A DNA stretch of 32,000 nucleotides. Source: Aliivibrio fischeri ES114. GTDB lineage: Bacteria; Pseudomonadota; Gammaproteobacteria; Enterobacterales; Vibrionaceae. Both the position numbers and the translations under genes were made by a program. Positions 9,190-17,507 of the stretch are shown here, piece by piece. The notes under the pieces are model-generated. The model saw only the letters and a list, made by a program, of their open reading frames with translations, ran no database searches and had not been told where the DNA came from. The stretch lies in NCBI RefSeq assembly GCF_000011805.1, contig NC_006841.2; one strand, 5' to 3'. Every line of letters starts with the position of its first letter. Positions within the stretch are counted from its first letter, which is position 1.

Positions 9190-9437
9190 AGCTTCTTCCT
9201 TATAGTTATGATGTTACTTTTTATAACTATACAAAAGCCATGCCATATATAAGGCGTTGATTTAAAAGATAATAAATCTTAGGAATCACCATTTTTTTAT
9301 TCTGATTATCAGATTGCACGCAATTAATTTCATTTTAATAAATAAAAACACACAATAAATCCATCTTATTTATTCAAAAAAGACGTATCAAAAACCAGCT
9401 CATTTTTAATCTATTTACCTATCAACTCTTAAGTCGA

Positions 9438-9471
9438 TTCTCATTCTGCAAACTGCATTGCAAATTGAGAA
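9438..9471. promoter_or_regulatory. syp enhancer (SypG-type bEBP binding region) upstream of sypA; nested composite palindrome
   Basis: TTCTCA(9438-9443)...TGAGAA(9466-9471). These are the same half-sites as the TTCTCA-N3-TGAGAA palindromes upstream of sypI, sypM and sypP, but here they are split by 22 bp. The spacer contains TGCAA(9447-9451) and TTGCA(9458-9462). Confidence 0.7.
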
Positions 9472-9540
9472 TATATCATCGAAAAAACAAAAATAGACAC
9501 TAAATAAATTTAACTAATTGATAAATAATAATTTAATTTT

Positions 9541-9556
9541 TGGCACGCATACTGCT
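9541..9556 (+). promoter_or_regulatory. sigma54 (-24/-12) promoter of the sypA-H operon
   Basis: TGGCACgcataCTGCT, with GG and GC at canonical spacing. It lies 48 bp upstream of the sypA ATG. Confidence 0.85.
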
Positions 9557-9603
9557 CTAGTAACTTTATCGAAACAACGAGGATTATTCCCTAGGAGCTT
9601 ATT

Positions 9604-9921
9604 ATGGAACTACATCAATTCGAATCAAATGAAGATATTTTGGTGCTATCAGTTCAAGGTGATATGGACGCCATCGGTTGTAGAGATATTCAACCATCCA
9701 TCGATAGCGTGATTGAACAAGAACATCATCAAGTTCAAATCGATTTATCACACGTAGCCTTTTTAGATTCATCAGGTATTGGCGCTATTGTTTATCTATA
9801 TAAACGACTTATAGAGAAAGATCGTACTATGCAGATTAAAAATGCACATGGCCAGCCACTAGAGTTACTAAAACTTCTACGTATTGAAAACGCAATTCCT
9901 GTTAATAAAACAACGCATTAA
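9604..9921 (+). CDS. sypA: STAS-domain anti-sigma-factor-antagonist-like protein
   Basis: 105 aa with AGGAG RBS. The STAS motif FLDSSGIG places the phosphorylatable Ser at residue 56 (codon 9769-9771), matching published SypA S56. Confidence 0.95.
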   Translation: MELHQFESNEDILVLSVQGDMDAIGCRDIQPSIDSVIEQEHHQVQIDLSHVAFLDSSGIGAIVYLYKRLIEKDRTMQIKNAHGQPLELLKLLRIENAIPVNKTTH

Positions 9922-9969
9922 TTAGTGCAAAACACCATTTTAACTGTATGACACATGGAGAGTTATAAA

Positions 9970-10794
9970 ATGAAAAAAATATTAGGATTAGTTTTTGGAT
10001 TACTTTCTGTGTCTGGTTGTACATCTTTTGCTGAACCTGGCAAAGGTGGAGAAGCTGAAAATTACCCACAAGCGGCTTTTAGCCCTGTCATGCCAGATCA
10101 ACCTCTTGGACCTGAGCATGGACTTAGATTTGATTGGGAATTAGCAGCTCGCCACCTAGATATTCTGATTCTAGAAAAAGCAGAATGGTGTTTTCCTGCG
10201 ACCGTGCATCAAGCGAAACAAAATGAAGCTCGTATTGCACGAGAATTAGAAGGAGGTTTACAACTGGATGCGGCAAATGACTTGGTTATTCAACGTAACT
10301 TGCTAAAACGATTAGAGCGCCAGTTAGATTACGTGAAACGCCAAGAAACCTGTCAACCACCGACAGATTCAAACAATGGAAACTCAGACATTGAGTTAGC
10401 TCAAAAGATTCATGACTTATTAAATCGAGACAATCAATTTGCTTTTAATTCCGCGGAATTAAACCCTAAATACATTGTTAATCTATCAGAAGCGTCACAA
10501 TTACTAAATCAACATAAAGACTTTAAATTGCTTATTACAGGCCATGCTGATGCGTTAGGTGAAGAAGATGCGAATCAGAACCTAGCTCTTGAGCGTGCCA
10601 AACAAGTAAAACGTTACTTAAGTATTTTTGGTCTTTCGCAACAACGAATCCATGTTGATTCAGTCGGCTCAAATGATCCTTACCTAAGCGGTACTGAGCC
10701 TCATGTACGCCTAACCAATCGCCGAGTAACTATCGAGCTATTACAACTCGATCAACCACTAATGCTTGAAAAACCATCACACAATGAGGGCTAA
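9970..10794 (+). CDS. sypB: OmpA-family peptidoglycan-associated lipoprotein
   Basis: The track ORF starts at 9955. ATG 9970 is preferred because GGAGA lies 8 nt upstream. It gives MKKILGLVFGLLSVSG-C (lipobox). C-terminal OmpA_C motifs: FAFNSAEL, LITGHADALGEEDANQNLALERAKQV, NRRVTIEL. Confidence 0.9.
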   Translation: MKKILGLVFGLLSVSGCTSFAEPGKGGEAENYPQAAFSPVMPDQPLGPEHGLRFDWELAARHLDILILEKAEWCFPATVHQAKQNEARIARELEGGLQLDAANDLVIQRNLLKRLERQLDYVKRQETCQPPTDSNNGNSDIELAQKIHDLLNRDNQFAFNSAELNPKYIVNLSEASQLLNQHKDFKLLITGHADALGEEDANQNLALERAKQVKRYLSIFGLSQQRIHVDSVGSNDPYLSGTEPHVRLTNRRVTIELLQLDQPLMLEKPSHNEG

Positions 10795-10798
10795 GAAC

Positions 10799-12910
10799 AT
10801 GCGTATTATTCAAGTTCTACTTATCATAGTAATGCTGTCTCCTTTTTCTGTTTCTCAAGCAAATGAGAAGAAGGATGTAGTTCGTGTGGGTGATATAATT
10901 TCAATCATGCTGCCCGGTGAAGACTCTTTGAATAAAGGTTTTCAGGTAGATAAACAAGGGCGTTTAATTTTACCTGAGATTGGGCCAATCTCAGTGGTAG
11001 GCAAAACCGAAGCACAAATGGTCTCAACAGTAACATTAAACTTAAAAACCATTTTACAAAACTTAACGAATCTACAAGTGTTTATCAGTAAACGTCAGTT
11101 GATTGTGAATATTCAAGGGTATGTGAAACAGCCAGGTGAATATACCCTGTCGGATGGCGACTCAGTACAACTGGCACTTTACGCAGCAGGTGGTTTACGT
11201 TCTGGTGCCCAACTTAACCGTCTACAACTGCGTCGTTCAAACAAAGTAACGACCTTTAACTATAAGGCGTTCTTAGATTCAGGTGATCAAGCTCTTCTAC
11301 CCACTCTGCAATCATTAGATACCTTATTTATCCCAGCTTCTCCTATGGTTGGTAATATTGAACAAGAATTTGACCCAGCAAAATTATCCCAAGCAGGTGA
11401 TGCTGCCGATGGAAAAAAAGCCATCAAAGTATTTGGTGAGGTGAATTCTCCGGGAACGTTTTCTTATAAAGACGGCAGTAACCTTGTTGATGTTCTAATG
11501 AGAGCGGGTGGTGTTACTCGCTACGCTGGTGTTGAACAAATCCGAGTAATTTCTAAAAACCAACCTGCTTTGTTTAATCTTAAGCGTTATTTAGATACTG
11601 GGGATTCTAGTCTATTACCACCATTAGAAGTTGGCTCAACCATTTTCGTGCCTAAACAAGAAGAAGAAATTAAATCAGGCTCTAATATGGTGTATGTCAT
11701 GGGTGAAGTCGCAAAACCGGGTGCTTTTGAAGGGAAGAAAGGCGCAACGTTTATGGATATCTTAGCCAATGCTGGAGGCCCAACACGTTTTGCTGAATCT
11801 CGTCAAATCCGAGTAATTAAAGCCAATGGGGCGGTGATTAATTTTGATTTATCAGGTTACACCGAAGGTACAAACTATCAACGACCTCCAGCAATTGCTG
11901 CCGGTGATGCGATTTTCGTTCCTGAAAAAACCGATATGAACGAAAAATCATGGTTAAAAATTGCGCCTAGCCGTGCCGTTCGTGTCCTAGGAGAAGTACA
12001 ACACCCAGGACGAATTGAATGGTCAGATGAAATGTCATTTTTAGATTTACTGGCGCATGTAGGTGGTCCAACTCTACGTGGGGATACCACAAGAATTGAA
12101 ATTGTAACTCCAGATGCAAGCGGTAAGAATCATGTTTATACCTTTAACTTAGATTCATTTATATCAAAAGGAAAACCCGATTCAGCACTACCAACCATTC
12201 GTGCGGGCGCGACTATTCGAGTTCACGACTTACCTCAAGATCCATCAGACAACAAATCACAATGGGTACGTCAAAGTTCTGATAGCTCAATTTATGTCTT
12301 TGGCCAGGTAAATGCTGCGGGGCGCTATCGTTTTACCAATGATATGCATTTCCTAGATATCTTATCGGCGGCTGATGGTCCAACCATGGATGCCGATATT
12401 CACAATATTCGAATTACTCACAGGGATAAAAGTTATGCTCGTGTAAGTAAACTAAATCTAGCTTTATATTTTGAAACGGGTGATGAATCCCTACTACCAA
12501 AAGTAAAAACAGGCGATACCATTTATATTCCTGAAAAAAATCGTATTTGGGTAGATGAAAGTAAAGAAACCACCATTCGTGTACTAGGAGCTATCAATAA
12601 ACCCGGTCGCTATCGTTTTAATGACTCAATGACATTACTTGATCTATTAGCAGAAGCCGGAGGGCCCAGTGATGTAGCCTACCTTGAAAAAATCAGTGTG
12701 GTAAACCATTCATTGAATGAAGGACAAGCAAGAACCTTTGACCTTGTTGAGTTCAGTCGTACTGCTGATTTTAGAAGCATTCCCGTACTAAGAGCTGGCG
12801 ATACCGTATATATTCCAAATAAAGACGAAAGCACAATGGAGCAAGTACGTGTTGTAATGAAAGATGTTTTCCAAGTTGTCGCAACCATTGCCTTGATAGG
12901 AGCATTATAA
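10799..12910 (+). CDS. sypC: Wza-like outer-membrane polysaccharide export protein with six SLBB-type repeats
   Basis: ATG 10799 is preferred over 10766 because GAGGG lies 9 nt upstream and it gives the signal peptide MRIIQVLLIIVMLSPFSVSQA/NE. N-terminal Poly_export-like segment (VGDIISIMLPGEDSLNKGFQVDKQGRLILPEIGPISVVGKT). Then six copies of the pattern hxVxGxVxxPGxaxaxxxxxhhDhLxxAGGxT....I. C-terminal hydrophobic helix VFQVVATIALIGAL. Confidence 0.9.
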   Translation: MRIIQVLLIIVMLSPFSVSQANEKKDVVRVGDIISIMLPGEDSLNKGFQVDKQGRLILPEIGPISVVGKTEAQMVSTVTLNLKTILQNLTNLQVFISKRQLIVNIQGYVKQPGEYTLSDGDSVQLALYAAGGLRSGAQLNRLQLRRSNKVTTFNYKAFLDSGDQALLPTLQSLDTLFIPASPMVGNIEQEFDPAKLSQAGDAADGKKAIKVFGEVNSPGTFSYKDGSNLVDVLMRAGGVTRYAGVEQIRVISKNQPALFNLKRYLDTGDSSLLPPLEVGSTIFVPKQEEEIKSGSNMVYVMGEVAKPGAFEGKKGATFMDILANAGGPTRFAESRQIRVIKANGAVINFDLSGYTEGTNYQRPPAIAAGDAIFVPEKTDMNEKSWLKIAPSRAVRVLGEVQHPGRIEWSDEMSFLDLLAHVGGPTLRGDTTRIEIVTPDASGKNHVYTFNLDSFISKGKPDSALPTIRAGATIRVHDLPQDPSDNKSQWVRQSSDSSIYVFGQVNAAGRYRFTNDMHFLDILSAADGPTMDADIHNIRITHRDKSYARVSKLNLALYFETGDESLLPKVKTGDTIYIPEKNRIWVDESKETTIRVLGAINKPGRYRFNDSMTLLDLLAEAGGPSDVAYLEKISVVNHSLNEGQARTFDLVEFSRTADFRSIPVLRAGDTVYIPNKDESTMEQVRVVMKDVFQVVATIALIGAL

Positions 12911-13617
12911 TGAGGATCCCATCGTGCCATATGGAAATTGAACAAATCTTTTTGCAATTAGAGCAACAAGATAGCCGTTCAATTTGCATTACATCAACCA
13001 ATTCTGGTGAAGGAGTAAGTTCATTGGCTCAAGCATTAACTGAGCGACACTTACTTGCTGGCTATCGAACACTATTGGTTGATCTTAATCTTCAAAATCC
13101 AAGTTTAATACCACTGTCATTAATACCAAGCGATACCGATGTAGCTGAAACAAACTCTCATTATCTGACTTTCTCTCAACATAATAGTGTCGTGCTTTCT
13201 GGTCTTGCTGTGCCCACAAATAAAGCGGAAATCGTCGAATTACGTCAACCCAAAAACTTGAAAAAGCGAATTGATACTTGGTTAAAAGAGTTCGATAAAG
13301 TCATTATTGATGCTTCATCTGTTTCACAACTCAATACCAACAATATTCCAGCTCAAACTATTGCTGGCTGTTGTGAAAGTACCCTTATGGTTATTTTGTC
13401 TGGTCAAACACTTCAAACCGAATTTAAAGATGCACTAGAAAAGCTAGAACATCACAACGCAAATATTATTGGTCATGTTTTTAATGATAAATACCAACCA
13501 AGTTTAAAAAATGAAATTTGTAGAGAAATCCAACGTTTATCTTTTTTACCAAAAAAAATATCAACTAGACTTATCGCAATAGTCCAAAGAAACCGATTTT
13601 TATCAACAGTGGTGTAA
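12910..13617 (+). CDS. sypD: MinD/ParA/BY-kinase-fold protein with degenerate P-loop (polysaccharide co-polymerase-associated ATPase-like)
   Basis: The ATG overlaps the sypC stop (TAATG); an alternative ATG exists at 12931. The Walker A position reads TSTNSGEGVSS (Val where Lys is expected). Walker A' reads LLVDLNLQNP. Walker B-like VIIDASS. There is no C-terminal Tyr cluster. Confidence 0.8.
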   Translation: MRIPSCHMEIEQIFLQLEQQDSRSICITSTNSGEGVSSLAQALTERHLLAGYRTLLVDLNLQNPSLIPLSLIPSDTDVAETNSHYLTFSQHNSVVLSGLAVPTNKAEIVELRQPKNLKKRIDTWLKEFDKVIIDASSVSQLNTNNIPAQTIAGCCESTLMVILSGQTLQTEFKDALEKLEHHNANIIGHVFNDKYQPSLKNEICREIQRLSFLPKKISTRLIAIVQRNRFLSTVV

Positions 13618-13619
13618 TC

Positions 13620-15137
13620 ATGAATTCTACTTTACTTTTTTCAGATACAAAGCCCACATCACTAGAGTCGGTGAGAGTATTGCGCCAATCGTTATCTAAA
13701 ATTCTTAAAAATCTTGAAATAAATACGACCGTATTGAATCAATGCTTATTGTGCTTCTCTGAATGGAGCACCAATCTAGTTTTGCACCCTATTCAACCAA
13801 GTAAAAATATCAGCCTAACTCTGCGAAAAAGCAATAGTCACTGGCAAATAGACATTATTGATGATGGTATACCTTGGGATCCAACTGAACAGCATAAAGA
13901 ATCCGAACTCAGTGAATTTTCATTAAAATGTGGCGGGCGAGGCATTGATATCATTCAAGATCAAACTGATGATATTAGATACAAATCGACAATAGAGAAC
14001 AATACATTAAGCCTATTATGGGAGCGTTCCCCTTCCCATAAACACCCTCATATCTTAATTGTTGAAGACGATGCAATTCAATCAAAGTTACTTCAGGCGT
14101 ATCTTAAATCCAATTTTTCAATAACAGCAACAACCAATGGCAGAGAAGCGCTGCAATTTCTACAGCATAACACCGTTGATTTAATTATCTCAGATATTCA
14201 AATGCCTGAAATGAGTGGGTTAGAGCTAAGATCGCAACTAGAAAAAGAGAATAACTTTTCAATTCCATTTATTTTTCTTTCTAATTTACAAGATACAAAT
14301 ACCGTCAATTGTGCTGCCGAATTAGGCATTGATGATTTTCTGCAAAAACCCGTACAAAAAACACAATTAATACACTCTATTACTCGTGTATTAGGCCGTT
14401 TCCACCAGGTCTATCACGCACTATCAGAACAACTTAATCAAAAAATCGCCCATACTCTATTACCACAAGTTGAGGCACACTCTGATAAATGGAAGCTGAT
14501 CACACAGCAAAGAACCGTAGGTCAAGGCGGTGGAGATTTTACTTTATCCAGAGCTAACAATAATAACACTCTACTACTTCTTGCTGATGTAATGGGACAC
14601 GATGAAAGTGCCAAATTCTTTGCTTACGCTTATGCAGGTTATGTGCGAGGCCTAATGCAACATGCAGACCTCACACAACCATCGCAACTTTTATCTCAAC
14701 TTTCAAATAATGCATTTAAAGACCAACTTCTATCACAAACCATGTTAACCACATGTTGCTTAAGTTTTATTGGTGATGATACGATAAAAATAAGTAGCGC
14801 TGGACATCCAAAACCTCTCCACATAACACCAAGGGGAATTAACATCATCGAAATTGAGGGGACACTTCCAGGATTGCTCCCTACAACTCATTATAAAGAA
14901 ACCACAATATCAATGAAGTATGGAGAACGTTTAGCATTATTTACTGATGGGTTATTTGAATCAGGTGACACTATTTCTGAACGAGATACCTTAGAGAAGG
15001 CCATAAAAAAACAGTTAATAGAAACACTACATTTACCAATAGAGCAAGCTATCAACCAGATAATAAAAACTTTTGATGCTCTAGCGGGGACACCACCCAA
15101 TGACGATGCATTATTGCTGTTAATTGAGAATCAATAA
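13620..15137 (+). CDS. sypE: Three-domain response regulator: RsbW-like Ser kinase, REC, PP2C/SpoIIE-like phosphatase
   Basis: N-box EWSTN(52)LVLH and G-box GGRGIDII. REC with ILIVEDD and LIISD(192)IQMPEMSG. PP2C motifs GGGDFT, LLLADVMGHDES, FTD(443)GLFE, PND(495)DALLLLIE. The residue numbers coincide with published SypE N52, D192, D443 and D495. Confidence 0.95.
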   Translation: MNSTLLFSDTKPTSLESVRVLRQSLSKILKNLEINTTVLNQCLLCFSEWSTNLVLHPIQPSKNISLTLRKSNSHWQIDIIDDGIPWDPTEQHKESELSEFSLKCGGRGIDIIQDQTDDIRYKSTIENNTLSLLWERSPSHKHPHILIVEDDAIQSKLLQAYLKSNFSITATTNGREALQFLQHNTVDLIISDIQMPEMSGLELRSQLEKENNFSIPFIFLSNLQDTNTVNCAAELGIDDFLQKPVQKTQLIHSITRVLGRFHQVYHALSEQLNQKIAHTLLPQVEAHSDKWKLITQQRTVGQGGGDFTLSRANNNNTLLLLADVMGHDESAKFFAYAYAGYVRGLMQHADLTQPSQLLSQLSNNAFKDQLLSQTMLTTCCLSFIGDDTIKISSAGHPKPLHITPRGINIIEIEGTLPGLLPTTHYKETTISMKYGERLALFTDGLFESGDTISERDTLEKAIKKQLIETLHLPIEQAINQIIKTFDALAGTPPNDDALLLLIENQ

Positions 15138-15164
15138 AAAGCAAACATTGCAAAGGAGCTAACT

Positions 15165-17465
15165 ATGACATTTCGACTTAAAACGATCATTGGTATCTCA
15201 ATTATTCAGTGCATCATGTTACTGATCTTAGTATTTAGTTCTGTAAAATTTATTTCAGATTCTAATGAACAAAGATTAATAGCAAGAGCCAATGCATCTG
15301 TACATATGTTCTCCAATGCTATTAAAGATTCCATACTCAATAATCAATACGACAAAGTAGCTTCCTTAATGGATGATTTTATCACGCTAGAAAAAATTTG
15401 TTATATTCGTATTTTTCGTGAAGATGGAAGCTTAATTGTTGAAGGTGGACCAAAATTACATGAAGTCGCTAATCCGGACTCGTCAATTTTGCATAATGCA
15501 TCTGATGGGACTTATGATGTCATTTTACCGATAATCACCAATGATAAAACGCTAGGGAAAGTAGAAATCGGATTTGGCACTCATGGTGAAAACACCTTCC
15601 TTTCTCAAGCTAAATCATGGATATATGCCATCGCATCCATTGAGCTTATTTTTGTTATTGGGCTTTCATTTTTACTTGGTAATGCTCTAACCCGCAATCT
15701 CCATAAACTGAAAAAAGCCGTTAACACCGTTGCTAGCCAAGGCCCAGGAGCACAAGTTGATATATCATCTATCGGAGATTTAGGTGATGTAGCACAAGCA
15801 TTTAATAACATGTCCTTAAAGCTAGAACAAAACTACCAAGATCTACAGCAAGCCAGAAATGAAGCAGAAGCTGCCAATAAAAGTAAAAGTCGATTTTTAG
15901 CTTCCATGAGTCACGAAATACGAACCCCTATGAATGCTGTCCTAGGTTTACTCGCGATTTTAAAAGACACAACTTTAAAACCAAATCAAAAAGAGCTTGT
16001 TAATACCGCAACAGATTCAAGTGAATTGTTGCTCTCAATCATTAATGATATTCTCGACTTCTCACGTATGGAAGCTAACACCTTCTACCTTGAAAATCAT
16101 ATCTTTAACATACATAAAAGTTTAAATAGTGTACTCAAGACTTTTCATCCACAAGCCCAAAATAAGCAATTAGAATTGTCATTGTTTATTGCTGATAATG
16201 TTCCAACCTATGTTCAAGGCGATGCTCACAGATTACGTCAAATATTATTAAATTTAGTTGGTAACAGCTTAAAGTTCACTGATGATGGACAGGTTCAAAT
16301 ATTAGTTAATGCCGAAGAGCATGAAGGACGCATCCAATTACATTGCTCAGTCCAAGACTCAGGTATTGGCATACAGCAAGAACAATTAGAATATCTATTT
16401 GATGAGTTTACTATGGCAGATAACAGCTTTTCTCGAACTCATGAAGGTTCTGGTTTAGGGTTAGCTATTTGTCAACGCTTAGTTCATATGATGGATGGTA
16501 CCATTACGGTAAATAGCCAATATGGTTTAGGAAGTGAATTCTCCTTCAATATTCAATTAGATAAAGCCACAACTAAAGAGATTAACTATCTATTATCAAA
16601 AGAAAAAATAGAACAGCAAAAGGATATTGAACAACAAAAAAACTGTGTATTCTCTGATGCTAATATTCTTGTTGTTGAGGATAATCACGCCAATCAAATT
16701 GTTATTAAAAACACCCTAAATTATGCCGGTTACTCAATTGATATTGCTCAAAATGGTAAAGAAGCGATAACAAAAGCAATTAATACCCAATATGACCTTA
16801 TTTTCATGGATATATCTATGCCTGAAATGGATGGCATGACGGCAACGAAAAAAATCCGCTCTCTATCTGATACACACCAAAACATGCCTATCATTGCACT
16901 TACTGCACATGCCCTTTCAGGTGATAAAGAGCGATTTATAGAGGCAGGAATGACGGATTATCTTTCAAAACCTTTCAACCGAAGTGATTTACTAGAATGT
17001 CTTGCTAAGTACCTGTTTAAACAGGGTAAACAAGACCCTTCATTTTGCCAAGAATGTGACCTATGTGAGTTTAATGAATCAACAGAAGAGCCTAAAAGTA
17101 TGGATAATGAGCTATTATTAGTAGATGAACAGATAATTCAGCAAATAATAGCTGACACCGATGCGAGTGTTATGCCTGAATTAATCCGCTTTTATATTAT
17201 TGAATCAAAAGAGCGAGTAGAAACCATCTCAAATGCGGCAAAAAATAAAGATTTATATGCATTAGAGTTTGAAGCGCATACATTAGGAAGCAGTGCATTA
17301 ACGCTTGGAAACGTGGCCTTATCTACGCTTGCAAGAGAAATTGAAATTCATTGTATTAATCAACAATTTGATGATGCGTTAGAAAAAACGGCACATTTAC
17401 CTGATTTAGCTACACTTTCACTAGACGCACTTGAAAAAAGAAATAAACAAGGTTTCTCAAAATAA
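15165..17465 (+). CDS. sypF: Hybrid sensor kinase (2 TM, HAMP, HisKA, HATPase_c, REC, HPt)
   Basis: AAGGAG RBS. FLASMSH(250)EIRTPMN; DSGIGI and GSGLGLAI; REC LIFMD(549)ISMPEMDG; C-terminal HPt EFEAH(705)TLGSSALTLG. The numbering matches published SypF H250/D549/H705. Confidence 0.95.
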   Translation: MTFRLKTIIGISIIQCIMLLILVFSSVKFISDSNEQRLIARANASVHMFSNAIKDSILNNQYDKVASLMDDFITLEKICYIRIFREDGSLIVEGGPKLHEVANPDSSILHNASDGTYDVILPIITNDKTLGKVEIGFGTHGENTFLSQAKSWIYAIASIELIFVIGLSFLLGNALTRNLHKLKKAVNTVASQGPGAQVDISSIGDLGDVAQAFNNMSLKLEQNYQDLQQARNEAEAANKSKSRFLASMSHEIRTPMNAVLGLLAILKDTTLKPNQKELVNTATDSSELLLSIINDILDFSRMEANTFYLENHIFNIHKSLNSVLKTFHPQAQNKQLELSLFIADNVPTYVQGDAHRLRQILLNLVGNSLKFTDDGQVQILVNAEEHEGRIQLHCSVQDSGIGIQQEQLEYLFDEFTMADNSFSRTHEGSGLGLAICQRLVHMMDGTITVNSQYGLGSEFSFNIQLDKATTKEINYLLSKEKIEQQKDIEQQKNCVFSDANILVVEDNHANQIVIKNTLNYAGYSIDIAQNGKEAITKAINTQYDLIFMDISMPEMDGMTATKKIRSLSDTHQNMPIIALTAHALSGDKERFIEAGMTDYLSKPFNRSDLLECLAKYLFKQGKQDPSFCQECDLCEFNESTEEPKSMDNELLLVDEQIIQQIIADTDASVMPELIRFYIIESKERVETISNAAKNKDLYALEFEAHTLGSSALTLGNVALSTLAREIEIHCINQQFDDALEKTAHLPDLATLSLDALEKRNKQGFSK

Positions 17466-17507
17466 AAGAATAAAACAAAATTCGCTAGGTAAAACAGGAT
17501 GTTACTT

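Noticed and set aside
9518-9712. 64-aa ORF overlapping the sypA promoter and 5' end
   Set aside because: It begins upstream of the -24 element, so it would not be on the sypA transcript. It overlaps the well-supported sypA frame and has no RBS.
10766-10798. Upstream alternative starts offered by the ORF track for sypC (10766), and similarly sypB (9955), sypG (17499), sypN (26275), sypO (27432) and the kinase (2224)
   Set aside because: In each case a downstream ATG has a properly spaced Shine-Dalgarno. It also yields a sensible N-terminus (signal peptide or lipobox, or published residue numbering such as SypG D53). The longer forms rely on overlaps, TTG/GTG codons or an SD that overlaps the start.
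15121-15160. TGAGAAT half-site plus TTGCAAA just upstream of sypF, reminiscent of enhancer half-sites
   Set aside because: It is only a half-site with no matching TTCTCA arm at N3 spacing. There is no TGGCAC/-12 element between it and the sypF ATG, and the 27-bp gap suggests simple co-transcription with sypE.
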